Below, piece after piece: positions 1 through 16,619 of a stretch of DNA of 64,000 bases. Source of the stretch: Eledone cirrhosa. Lineage: Eukaryota. Position numbers and translations under genes: made by a program. The DNA is taken from assembly GCA_964016885.1 (NCBI GenBank), contig OZ024740.1, positions 315,642,001 through 315,706,000 on the forward strand, written 5' to 3'. A model generated the notes under the pieces. That model did no database searches. It saw only the letters and a list, made by a program, of their open reading frames with translations, and was not told where the DNA came from. The number at the start of each line of letters is the position of its first letter. Position 1 is the first letter of the stretch.

Positions 1-140
1 CTCATGGATGTTATCCAACCATCTTGCTTGGGGTCTACCCATGGGTTTCCTGCTGGTTGGTTTTGCCAGTAAAATTTGTCCAGTGATTCTTTCCTGAGAC
101 ATTCTAACCACATGGTCATAGCATCGGAACTGTGATCTCT
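1..140 (-). mobile_element. RTE-clade LINE 3' coding fragment (old family)
   Basis: Minus strand reads RSQFRCYDHVVRMSQERITGQILLAKPTSRKPMGRPQARWLDNIHE, an RTE C-terminal GH..RM...RPRGRP..RW-type motif. Related pieces at about 41205-41400, 44075-44223 and 61945-62270. Confidence 0.75.
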
Positions 141-804
141 ATGAAGAATATTACAAACCATATCTAACTGTTAAAACATAATGAAGTATCTCTATATCTT
201 ATATTAACAATACAAACTATACGGTTTTTTTATATATTACTTTTCAAAACATTACTAAAATTTCAGAAGATATATAATATGCATTAAAACATTTTAAACA
301 AATATAAATATAAATATACCACAGTTTTACCCCTTTCGATACCAACCTAGCCAAAACCAGCTCTGGTTCTATAGAATAAAAATCACCCATCTTAAAGGCT
401 TCCAATTTAAATTAAAATCTTCTAACAATTTTATATAAGAATCTTTTTATATAATTTTATATAAGAATCAAGTTACCATCTTAGTAATGAAATGATTAAT
501 AATTTTAGTAAATCCCTCAAAATTCTTCATTAATCAATTAAAATAGGATATATTTCATTAGAAATGCTGTCATGAAAGGGTTAAGAAATCGTCAATATCT
601 ACTAGAATACACATGTTTAAGGTACAGACCATAAATCTGAGTAGAAGCAAAGAAATGGATTTCTTAAAAAAGCAGGAAGTAGAGTAGACAGGAAGTTAAT
701 AATGTTAAAGAGAAATAATTTTCTTAGAATCAGTATTGATACAAATGAAACTATACAAGAATTTAATTTTCTGTTATTAAGATACTGCTCTGATATCTTT
801 TTAA

Positions 805-1024
805 CCCTTTAGCATTTACATTACTCAATATATACTATTGTACGTTCATGGTAAAGGCTCTATCTTAAATAATTATCCCACAAAATTTCGAATCTATGAG
901 TTTCTGATGTTATTTATTTTGAGAACAATACCTTAACGTCAGTATAAGTAGCCAGTTGCGGCCGGTTTGAACAGAAGAGGTGAGAGAAATCTAGCCAGAT
1001 GCAGCCAGTTTAAATGCTAAAGGG
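805..1024. mobile_element. piggyBac-type MITE
   Basis: Perfect 14-bp TIRs CCCTTTAGCATTTA...TAAATGCTAAAGGG flanked by TTAA at 801-804 and 1025-1028. Confidence 0.85.
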
Positions 1025-1112
1025 TTAATCCTTAAGACTTATTTCACATTTTTAGTTATCATTAGTTAAATATGTCCTGATCATGACTTAAAGGGTTTGT
1101 AATAAAGAAATA

Positions 1113-1430
1113 TAGGTGGCAAATTGGCAGAGTCATAAGAACGTCAGATAGAATGCTTTGTGGGTATTCATTCTGACTCTCTGCCAAGGTCAACTTTGCA
1201 TTTCATTCATTTAAGGTCGATAAAAAAGTACCAGTCTAGAACTGAGGTTGATTCTTCCTCTATATCTCTTTCTCACTTGCTTTCTCTCACTCTAGCTTTC
1301 TCTGGAAGAAATCTGTTATATTCAAACCTTGAAAGGAGATAAGATCCACCAGGTTAAAAAATGCCCTAGAAATGCTATATGTGAATATGATGCTCCTTCA
1401 ACTCCCCTGGGAGTTACTGGTTCATACATG
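1113..1430 (+). mobile_element. Degenerate tRNA-derived SINE plus downstream local repeat
   Basis: ggcaaattggcagag...ggtcgataaaaaagtaccag SINE body. The SINE and its flank recur at about 18403-18735 and in part at about 41925-42180. Confidence 0.65.
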
Positions 1431-1672
1431 CAATAAAGAAATATTTGTAATGACCATCAGTGACTAAATTCACACAAGGTCAACCAGAATAACTAGTAAA
1501 TTGTATTTTGCTATACTTTCACTAACTGTTTGCTCAACCAGGCGCTAAATCTTTTCTGTGTCTCATTTACTGCTAAACTTGAATAGCTTCACCACAAACA
1601 TAGTCAATGTTTTGTACACAAGTTTTTCATTAAGAACTTTACATTAAGTTATCTTAGTAATGAAAAAATTAA

Positions 1673-2444
1673 TCTGTATATATATAAAATTAAGTATGTG
1701 TGTGTGTCTGTGTATTACCTATAGGAGCCTACATCTTACGACTGATTTTCATGAAACTTTACATGCTCATAGATTAGTCATCGGGGAGTGTTTTCTATAT
1801 ATCAGTGTATCATTTTTTTATTCCGGGGTCATTCTGCAGATAAAAATCGATAGGGGGGGGAGTGGGGTTACCTTTTTTTAGGTATCGAAAAATAAGATTT
1901 TTGGCTCTAGCTTCCACATTTTGCCACCGATTTCGTTCAGATTTTAAAGCAAAATAGAATTTATCATTCCACATTGTGTGGCAGCCGCTTAAATATTCAA
2001 AAATACCACTTTTAGACTCAAATTTCCACTTTTTCGGCTCTAGCTCCTACATTAATCAACCTACTTTGTTCAAATTTTACACTACGCTAGATCTGATTAT
2101 TTCACGTCTTAAAGTGGCTTTACATTTTGGATTTTTTGTTCAGTAATGGCGTGGTAGCCGCTTAAATATTCGAAAATACCACTTTTTCGCTCAAATTTCT
2201 GCCTTCTTGGCTCTAGCTCCCACATTTTTCAACCGATTTCGTTCAAATTCGAAACTCCCTACCCCAGCATGCCCGTTCGTCAGTCATTCGCGTTTCTCAG
2301 TGATAGAGGTCATCACCACCCTCCCTCGCATGGCCTGTGTGTGGCCATAGATGAGTCATCGAGAAGCAGTTGTTAAGATCAACACTTTTTCATCAAAGCA
2401 GATATTATTTTACCTATCCAGGCAACACTGGGTACTGCTGCTAG
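1673..2444 (+). mobile_element. Non-autonomous Helitron
   Basis: A|TC start (tctgtatatatataaaa), imperfect subterminal hairpin ccaggcaacactggg, CTAG|T end, no TSD. Confidence 0.75.
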
Positions 2445-2478
2445 TAAATTTAATAAATCCTTTGCAACTCTTCATTAA

Positions 2479-2699
2479 CCCTTTAGCATTTAAACCAGCC
2501 ATATCTAGCCAGAGTTTTCCCACCTTATTCTGTTCAAACCAGCTGTAACCAGTCACGCATACTGATGTTAAGGTATGGTTCTCAAAATAAATAATATCAA
2601 AATCTCATAGGTTCAATATTATGTGAAATAATTATAGGGGATAAAGCGTTTTCTGTGAAATTACAATAGTAAATATAGAGTAATGTAAATTCTAAAGGG
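2479..2699. mobile_element. piggyBac-type MITE
   Basis: TTAA-CCCTTTAGCATTTA...TAAATTCTAAAGGG-TTAA. Near-identical relative at about 56980-57172. Confidence 0.8.
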
Positions 2700-2925
2700 T
2701 TAATTAATTGAAATAGAGTGTATTTCATTAGAAATGTGGTCATGAAAGCAATAAAGAAGCAATCAACATTTCCAGCTTCCTAGTCCTTGCAAAAGAAGTA
2801 TTGCCATGGATATTACTAGGTAAGTAGCCATATTAATTGGACAATATGTAGATACGCAGATTAAAACTGAAAATATATGTTATAAGCAAGTAAGAACCTT
2901 GTATATGAAAATAGCATGGGTATAC

Positions 2926-3196
2926 AGGGCCAGATTTAAATGTGGGCGGGGGGGGGGGGGGGGGCACTGTTAGCTGAAGATATTTGTGCCCTCAGCTGTG
3001 CCTTTTAGTTTTAGGATGGTTAGAATTTTTGAATTTAATGCCTGTATGTATAAGTTTTCAATTCCAATTACTTGTACCAAGCTAACTTTGATATGTAAAA
3101 TTGGGGTGTTTTGTTGTGTATTCTAATATTTTATGTATGAGGGGCCTCCCCAAAAAATGAAGTGCCACAGGCCCCCAAGGTCTAAATCCAAACCTT
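2926..3196. mobile_element. Degenerate hAT-like MITE
   Basis: CAGGGCCAGATTTA start and degenerate complementary end taaatccaaacct, with GC-rich ggggcc/ggcccc subterminal motifs. Confidence 0.45.
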
Positions 3197-3557
3197 TGGA
3201 TATATTACTGGCAAGGAGATCAAAGTGAACTTCCTAAATAACTTAGTCACAAACAAAATGGAGAATCTGCTTACACTGATAGACATATCAATCTGCATTG
3301 TACAGAAGAATGCTAAATTGTTATTTGATTATCAAAATAAGCAAGATGTATATGAGAGTAAAAGAGAACCAATAATAATAGGTGTACTTAGTATGTTATA
3401 AAATAACTGTTTCTGATTTAGGGACAAGGCCAACAATTTCGGTGGAAGAGAAAATCTATTTGAACCAAGAACATAAAAAAGCCAGAACAAACACTATGAA
3501 GCATTTTTTATGATGGTCAAATGATTCTGCCAATCATTGTCTTTGTTTGAGATTAAA

Positions 3558-3745
3558 TAATTGTTTCTACTTTTGGCACAAGGCCAGCAATTACCCAGTG
3601 CATTACCGGTACTTTAATTTATCGACCCCGTAAGGATGAAAGGCAAAGTCAACCTCGGCGGGATTTGAACTCAGATCATAAAGGGACGTAACTATGCTGG
3701 AAAGCATGGCGTCCGACCCTCTACCGATACTGCCAATCCACCGCC
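3558..3745 (-). mobile_element. tRNA-derived SINE (octopus OK-like family), full length
   Basis: A-box ggattggcagtatcggt, B-box gagttcaaatccc, central gcctttcatccttacggggtcgataaa domain. TSD of about 20 bp (tttgtttgagattaaataat) on both sides. Confidence 0.85.
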
Positions 3746-3765
3746 CTTTTGTTTGAGATTAAATA

Positions 3766-3986
3766 ATAGTTTCTGATTTAGGTACAAAAGCAACAATTTT
3801 TAGGGAGGAGCAAGTTGATTAAATCAACCTCGATGCATTACTGGTACTTTATTTTATCGACTCCATAAGGACGAAAGGCAAAGCTAACCTCAGTGGGATT
3901 TGAGCTCAGCCCGTAAAGGGACGTAACTACATGCCACAAAGTATGTTGTCTAATGCTCTACCGATACCAATGCTCCAATCCACCAC
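3766..3986 (-). mobile_element. tRNA-derived SINE, older copy
   Basis: Same family as 3558-3745, more diverged. Confidence 0.75.
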
Positions 3987-4082
3987 TCTTGGTATGATAA
4001 AAAAATAACATGAATAGAAACATTAACATCATACTAGGCTCCACATATTTACACATATTCTATCATCATTATGGCCCCTTAT

Positions 4083-4268
4083 GGCGGTGGATTGGCAGTA
4101 TCGGTAGAGGGTCGGAAACCATGCTTTGACGCATAGAGTTACGGCCCTTGCCATTCTGAGTTCAAATCCCGCCGAGGTTAACTTTGCCTTTCATCCTTAC
4201 GGGGTCGATAAAATAAAGAACCAGTAATGCACTGGGTAATTGCTGGCCTTGTGCCTAATGTAGAAATA
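4083..4268 (+). mobile_element. tRNA-derived SINE, full length
   Basis: Same family on the opposite strand. 14-bp TSD attatggcccctta at 4068-4081 and 4269-4282. Confidence 0.85.
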
Positions 4269-4376
4269 ATTATGGCCCCTTAACCCTTTTGTGTGGTCAT
4301 TGGGACACTGCAGGGTTGAATGCTACACCAACTGTCTCCATCTCTGGCGGTCATGGGTGAGTGCTTAGGTTACACA

Positions 4377-5509
4377 TCTATATATATAAAACTGTGGTTG
4401 TCTGTCTGTCTATCGATTTTTGGCACACATCTCCTCTTAGAATCTCTGACGGAATTGCACCGAAATTGCTATACTTGTACATTGAGCCCTACCGAAGACA
4501 TCGGAAAAAAAAATATTTCAAATTGACCCACCCTATGTGACGAAATCGAATATAATGTATCGATTTTTGAGCGTAAGTTATCAGTTATTTCCCTTTGTTC
4601 TGTTTACATTGAGCGTCTTACGTAAAAAATTACGCTGCCTTTCTCAGCGTTTAAAATGACATTAACACAATACACGAACGAACAGTTGTCGAGCCAACAA
4701 AATATTGACCTGCAAAATTCATCAGTTCGAACACTAAGCTTCCGTTTTGCTTCATTTCCATTTAAAAGCATTTTAAAACAATATTTTTACTTGAAAACAA
4801 GTCTATTTAAAGACTACGTAAAACAAGCAAATATTTCGTCGTTAGGCGTGCAGACAGACAGTCGTGCAGACAGACAGTCGTGCAGACAGACAGTCGTGCA
4901 GACAGACAGTCGTGCAGAGAGGTGATATACGCATGCAGACAGACAGTCGTGCAGAGAGGTGATATAGGCGTGCAGACAGACAGTCGTGCAGAGAGGTGAT
5001 ATACGCGTGCAGACAGACAGTCGTGCAGAGAGGTGATATAGGCGTGCAGACAGACAGTCGTGCAGAGAGGTGATATAGGCGTGCAGACAGACAGTCGTGC
5101 AGAGAGGTGATATAGGCGTGCAGACAGACAGTCGTGCAGAGAGGTGATATAGGCGTGCAGACAGACAGTCGTGCAGAGAGGTGATATAGGCGTGCAGACA
5201 GACATAACTGATAATTTGGTTACGCTAATGTTTTTCTCTGCGTTGCAGTGTTTACATTTTCGATCTTTGTTAATAAATAACCAGTGCAGTTTCTATCCCC
5301 AGCATCCTCTTTTGTTATAACATTCGGGTTATCGTTATGTTTTCTTAACTTCATAAGGCATATTGTTGGTTGAGGGAATATTAATCAAAAACACCACATG
5401 CAAGTCTGCACAGTAGACACTACAGTTTTTAAGCCAAGAAAGAAACTTAACATTGTAACTTTAACACAGCTACTGAGCGACCCCGAGCAACGCCGGGCTT
5501 TACTGCTAG
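4377..5509 (+). mobile_element. Non-autonomous Helitron with internal minisatellite
   Basis: A|TCTATATATATAAAA start, hairpin cccgagcaacgccggg, CTAG|T end. Confidence 0.8.
4845..5203. repeat. 37-bp minisatellite with 16-bp sub-repeats
   Basis: Unit ggcgtgcagacagacagtcgtgcagagaggtgatata, about 8 copies preceded by gtgcagacagacagtc repeats. Confidence 0.95.
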
Positions 5510-5629
5510 TATTCTATAAAACAGCCTAACTAGACGTAGTACTCATTCCCGAGACGATGTATAAAATGGCTTAAGTTGATAGAAGTTTCATGATCCGAAG
5601 GAGAAAGTAGAAACTCTAGTTCGGTCTAT

Positions 5630-6554
5630 TACTCTTGGGTCTCGAATACCCCCCCCCCCCCACATATCAATTTCTTACCCACCCCTCTCCCTCTCGGGGC
5701 TTATCAAAGTTTGCTAATTTTATTTCAAGTGGTAGCATTCCTGCAATAATTAATTTTCTTTATACATTATACATGACAAAAAAAGTACATTACTAGAAAT
5801 CCCATACGTTATAAAATAAATAGGATGGGTTGGGGTCTCAATATGTAAACTAAACGACTAATTTTGGTTTTAAAAAAAATCAACGGAGACAACCTAGAAA
5901 AATTAACGATTAACCCATTGCATGCATTGATTTCAACTTTTCTTATTAATAACTGCATTGCTTCTTTCCAGGAACTATCTTAACTATAATAAAGGGAAGA
6001 ACGTGGGACTGCGTCCAGAATATATTTTTTTATCTCGTTTGTAAAATAAGTTGGATTACTTTGAATAAATAATGAATGAATATTACATAATTTATGTACT
6101 AAATTTCGTAACTCTTGATTAAATATAAATAATTTTATTGATTATTTTAAGATTCACTTCTTTAAAATTTCAAATGTCAACACTTCTGGTTAGCGCCTGT
6201 TATATTATAACATTTATTTCATAGCTTATATAAACATACATTTCCCTCGCTAATTTTCTCCTAATGCAGTTTATATATAATATCGTCTTTTTTTAATGTA
6301 TCATGGATTACTTTACTGATTACAGAAAAGTGTAGCGCAGACTTCGTTCAATTTCTGTGCATATTGTCAATTACGATTTTATTTGATGTATCATATCTAC
6401 ATGCATATATACTTGCGTATAATATCAATAAGCACACTACACATGCTAGCAGAAAACCACCCAAAGGGTGTTTTTTCTGCTAGTGTTGAAAAATAAACCT
6501 CAAATGGTCAGCCTATGAACTTTTCAACCCCCTATTATTTGGGACCCAAGAGTA
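5630..6554. mobile_element. TA-flanked MITE with nested insertions
   Basis: TIRs tactcttgggtctcgaata / tatttgggacccaagagta. Uninterrupted relatives at about 58864-59221 and 42753-43084. Confidence 0.65.
5978..6483 (+). mobile_element. Non-autonomous Helitron
   Basis: Splits the mariner-MITE sequence ccaggaacta|tgttgaaaaataaacctc exactly between A and T. TC start, long terminal hairpin ctagcagaaaaccaccc-aaa-gggtgttttttctgctag, CTAG end. Second copy at 57243-57709. Confidence 0.85.
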
Positions 6555-7177
6555 CATTTAGAAATAGATCCACAGTAATATAGACTACTTGAAAGTTTCC
6601 AAGAAAATGTCACAGCTATGTTGAAAAATAAACAAAATGGTTCTCCTGATAAGGAGGAAGCTGTGATTACATGTTGACAACATTTATCTAATTTTGAACA
6701 TAGCTGTCAAATAAAATAGTTTTACATTTCACACAAAAAATAAAATAATCAAGAAAAAAATTAGCAAGGAAGCAAGGCAAATATTTAGTCAGGAACTCTA
6801 AACAATCAATATTATATGTAATGTGTTCGAATCAATATTATATGTAATGAGTTTGAATCCCGCCGAGGTTAACTTTGCCTTTCGGGGGTCGATAAAATAA
6901 AGTACCAGTAATGCACTGGATATTTGTTGGCGTTGTGCCAAAAAGTAGAAACAATTATATGTAATGTGTGTTAAGGGAGTTGATAACATCTAATATTGCA
7001 AGAGATGACTTTTCAAAAGCATCTTTGAGAGAGGACAAATATGTAGCATTTGATGGCAATTAGGTCTTGATTGAGAAGTTATGAGTAAATAAAACAGAAG
7101 TTATGAGTAGTTATGAGTAAATAAAACAGAAGCATTTAACCCTTTCAATACCATATTTCTAATGAAAGACACTACCT

Positions 7178-7377
7178 ACAAGGCTGGGCTGAAAAGTTCC
7201 TAGGCTGACTATGAAGGAAATATGCTAGAGCTGTGAATTCTTGCATGCATTAATTTCAACTCTTCTTATTAATAACTAGAGTGTTTTTTTCCAGGTACTA
7301 TGTTGAAAAATGAACTTCATTTGGTCATAATTGCACAACCAAATAGTCAGCCCATCAATTTTTTAACTGAGCCTCGT
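7178..7377. mobile_element. mariner-derived MITE
   Basis: TIR related to TACGAGGG..GCTGAAAAGTTCATAGGCTGAC. Relatives at about 39735-39890 and 56532-56792. Confidence 0.65.
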
Positions 7378-7402
7378 GTGTATATATATATATATATATA
7401 TT

Positions 7403-7447
<45 letters not shown>

Positions 7448-7861
7448 CATAAGGAAATTCTAAGTAGTTTCAGATGTTAAAGTCTTTTATTGATAAGGCT
7501 GTGATACATATTTCAATGATCACACACACACACACACACATATACATACATACATACAATATATTAACAAATGGAGACTATATTTATAAAACCATATTTA
7601 TTTCATTATACATATTTCAAGGACACCAAGTTTTCTCTTTCTCTTTCTTTTATTTTCCTTCTTTGGGCTTGTTCTTTCTTTTTCTTTTTTTCCATACTCC
7701 AACCGCCTATTTTAAATCTAATGGGATTTAAACCTATCTGACACTAATCTGCATAATAGACTAAATATATTTAGTAACCACACTATCCGGGAGCCTCCAA
7801 CAGAAATGGTCGCATTCTTTAAGGGTATGTCAATATTTATTTATAAAACTGATCTATATTA

Positions 7862-7926
7862 TATTTTATCTGATGAAAGCGCACCATAATTTGACTTGGC
7901 ATCTTTGAAATATGTATAATGAAATA
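7862..7926 (+). ncRNA. Type I hammerhead ribozyme motif (family A, weak stem II)
   Basis: UAUUUUAU-CUGAUGA(7870-7876)-stem II aag..uuu-GAAA(7907-7910)-UAUGUA-UA-AUGAAAUA. Stem I is 8 bp with one G.U. Confidence 0.6.
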
Positions 7927-7999
7927 AATATGGTTTTATAAATATAGTTTCCATTTGTTAATATATCGTATTTTTACTCCAATAATTTGTTGAGTGCTT

Positions 8000-8125
8000 T
8001 ATATCAGTTATAAAATTATTTGTTTGTTGTATCCCAATAAATTAAATATAACATATATATATATATATATATGTTATATTTAATTTATTGGGATACAACA
8101 AACAAATAATTTTATAACTGATATA
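8000..8125. repeat. Perfect 126-bp palindrome centred on (AT)10
   Basis: Position i pairs with 16125-i from 8000 to 8125. Confidence 0.95.
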
Positions 8126-8136
8126 TATATATATAT

Positions 8137-8620
8137 AGTTTTTATATAGATGAGATTCTACAGGACTAGAACTGTTTCATTCTTTAGAAATCATCAGGAA
8201 TCTGGCTTTCCAGGTGGTAGGAGAGGGTGGGGAGTGGGATGGGTGTAGGTCATTGGTTGAAAGAAAAGGGAATTCATTAAAAGCTAGTTCTTTAAGGCTA
8301 TAATATATATTTAGAGTGACAAAGGCAGAAAGAATTCTATAAACAAGTTCAAATTGGGGTGCCACTCCTTATTTTAAAGTTTCTCTTAAGCTGACAATGC
8401 CTATATTTCAGGTGTCTATGAGATGGTTGGGGGTCTGTCATGGTTGATGGATTTAAAGAAAAGAGAAATTCTTTAAAAGCTAATTCTTTAAAGCTCTACT
8501 TAGAGTGTCAAAGGCCAAGAGAATTCTATAATCCAGTTCAAATATTGGTGCCTGTCATATCATTATTGTCATGTTTCTCTTAAGCTATATTCCAGGTGTC
8601 AACAGACACATTCACATACA
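8137..8620 (-). mobile_element. Hammerhead-bearing non-coding repeat (Penelope pLTR/retrozyme-like), copy 1
   Basis: Reverse complement of about 39130-39652 with scattered substitutions and one deletion of about 30 bp. Confidence 0.75.
8153..8203 (-). ncRNA. Type I hammerhead ribozyme (family B)
   Basis: AGAUUC-CUGAUGA-UUUC(UAAA)GAAU-GAAA-CAG(UUCUAGUC)CUG-UA-GAAUCU on the minus strand. Confidence 0.85.
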
Positions 8621-8730
8621 CACACACACACATATATATATAACTCAATATGCAAATTAGGCTGCTCAGCCGTTAATTTTCATAAGGAAAGTATATACTT
8701 TCGAACGTTCAACTATCTGGCAGATGGGTA

Positions 8731-8775
8731 AACGGTGCTGATGATAGCTAACAAGCTTGAAACTAGTACATCGTT
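8731..8775 (+). ncRNA. Minimal type I hammerhead ribozyme (family C), copy 1
   Basis: AACGGUG-CUGAUGA-UAGC(UAACAA)GCUU-GAAA-CUAG-UA-CAUCGUU, with palindromic minimal stem III. Confidence 0.85.
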
Positions 8776-8931
8776 CCTGTGTCAGTGTTGAACAAAAAAG
8801 GTGACGTGGTTGCCTTAACACCGTATGGCATAAATTCAGGCTGTTCAGTTTGTTTACAAACGAACAAAGCGGCGTTATAATAAGCGTCCGCTAAACTGAT
8901 GCGTGCATATATGTATGTGTACCTGTATGTA

Positions 8932-8983
<52 letters not shown>

Positions 8984-9200
8984 TGCTACTGTACATCTGT
9001 ATACATACATACTTACATTTAAGTAAGTGCCATACAAAGAGTGAGAAATGAAATTTCGTTTTCATTTTTTTTTTCAACTTATCGTTTTCGGTATGCCTGA
9101 CCGATTTAACTCACTCAATATGCAAATTAGGCTGCTCAGCCGTTAATTTTCATAAGGAAAGTATATACTTTCGAACGTTCAACTATCTGGCAGATGGGTA

Positions 9201-9245
9201 AACGGTGCTGATGATAGCTAACAAGCTTGAAACTAGTACATCGTT
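9201..9245 (+). ncRNA. Minimal type I hammerhead ribozyme (family C), copy 2
   Basis: Identical to 8731-8775, exactly 470 nt downstream. Confidence 0.85.
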
Positions 9246-9555
9246 CCTGTGTCAGTGTTGAACAAAAAAGGTGACGTGGTTGCCTTAACACCGTATGGCA
9301 TAAATTCAGGCTGTTCAGTTTGTTTACAAACGAACAAAGCGGCGTTATAATAAGCGTCCGCTAAACTGATGCGTGCATATATGTATGTGTACCTGTATGT
9401 ATATATGTATATATATGTATATATATATATATATATGCATGCTACTGTACGTCTGTATACATATATGTATGTACGTATACATACATACTTACATTTAAGT
9501 AAGTGCCATACAAAGAGTGAGAAATGAAATTTCGTTTTCATTTTTTTTTTTCAAC

Positions 9556-13106
<3,551 letters not shown>

Positions 13107-13430
13107 CAGACAGACTGAACAAAAAAAAATGGCGTAGACATACAACACAACAGGAGGAACAATGAATATAACACCACTGACGATGTTGCAGATGTGCAAC
13201 GAAAGATTTATGTAAATTATGTAAACTATATATATATGTGTTTGTCTATATTGTATCTGTATTATTTTTGACCGCCGGTCAGTCAATGGCAACATTGAGG
13301 ACCGAGTAAGTTAGATCGCAGATATATATATATAAAAGACAGCGAGAAGCGAAAACCAACCAAACAGTGAGTGTGTTCTGTTATTAATTCTGGCAATATT
13401 ACGCAAATATGACCCTCCCCAAATATAACA

Positions 13431-15498
<2,068 letters not shown>

Positions 15499-15772
15499 TC
15501 ATCATCATCATCATCATCTTCATTTAACGTCCATTTTCCACGCTAGCATGGGTTAGACGGGAGTTGTCCCAATTTGAGGCAAGGTTGGTCCGGTGACCGT
15601 GTCTCGCTCATATAGGACTATCTGGCAGGTTTTCTACGGCTGGATGCCCTTCCTAACACCAACCACATTTACAGTGTGGAACTGGGAACTTTTTACTGTG
15701 TTACCTACACGACCACATTACAGCGTGGACTGTGTGTGTTTTTTGTTGTGACACCTTCACGATCTCGATCTC
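15499..15772 (-). mobile_element. RTE LINE 3' UTR fragment with (ATG)n tail
   Basis: Matches the 3' UTRs attached to RTE coding sequence at 27106-27510 and 59684-60060. Confidence 0.85.
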
Positions 15773-15788
15773 ATTATCTCATTTATAT

Positions 15789-15831
<43 letters not shown>

Positions 15832-16011
15832 AAATGGAAAAGAATGACTTCACTTGTACTTCTAAATAATTTGATTTAATTTTATAATATTATAATATTA
15901 TGAGTTGTTAGGTGTAAGTTCTTTGTTAACTTTGGTGGGAAGAATTTTAAAGATTCCTGGTTAACTTTCTTGAAGAACTTTCTCGCATTCATCGGTGGCA
16001 ATTGTCAAACT

Positions 16012-16463
16012 GTATATATATTGTGTGTTTGTATATATACATATATTGTGTGTGTTTGTGTGTGTATATATATATATATATATATTGTGTGTTTATGTGT
16101 ATATATATATTGTGTGTTTGTATATATATATATATTGTGTGTTTGTGTGTGTATATATATATTGTGTGTGTTTGTGTGTGTGTGTGTTTGTGTGTGTATA
16201 TATATATATTGTGTGTTTGTGTGTGTGTATATATATATATTGTGTGTTTGTGTGTATATATATATTGTGTGTGTTTGTGTGTGTATATATATATATTGTG
16301 TTTGTATATATATATTGTGTGTTTGTGTGTGTATATATATATATATATTGTGTGTTTATGTATATATATATATTGTGTGTTTGTGTGTGTATATATATAT
16401 ATATATTGTGTGTTTATGTGTATATATATATATATATATATACAAACACACAATATATATATA
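16012..16463. repeat. Compound (TA)n-TTGTGTGTTTG minisatellite
   Basis: Variable unit tatatatattgtgtgtttgtgtgtg. Confidence 0.9.
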
Positions 16464-16619
16464 TCATCATTTAAAACAGATACTTGGACTACATTTTATT
16501 ATCTCTCCTTTGTGATCCTGTCTCTATTTTGTACTCCTGAAAAAGGGCTGAAACCCAACACATCAAATATCCTTTCCCCTTTTCCATATAAAGCATGAAA
16601 CTAATAAGACTTTTTGTAC

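Larger units (their letters stand above)
8643..9555 (+). mobile_element. Tandem 470-bp hammerhead-containing repeat (non-LTR retrozyme-like or tandem pLTR)
   Basis: Unit 8643-9112 and truncated unit 9113-9555, near identical apart from the internal TA tract. Flanked by TA/CA microsatellite. Confidence 0.8.

Noticed and set aside
2776-2819. Possible 44-nt plus-strand exon (ttccag ... AG|gtaagt)
   Set aside because: Weak acceptor, too short to assess, and no partner exons.
16530-16570. Degenerate hammerhead-like ctgaaaa-aggg...ccc-aaca
   Set aside because: Both core boxes are mutated and there is no stem I partner. At most a relic.
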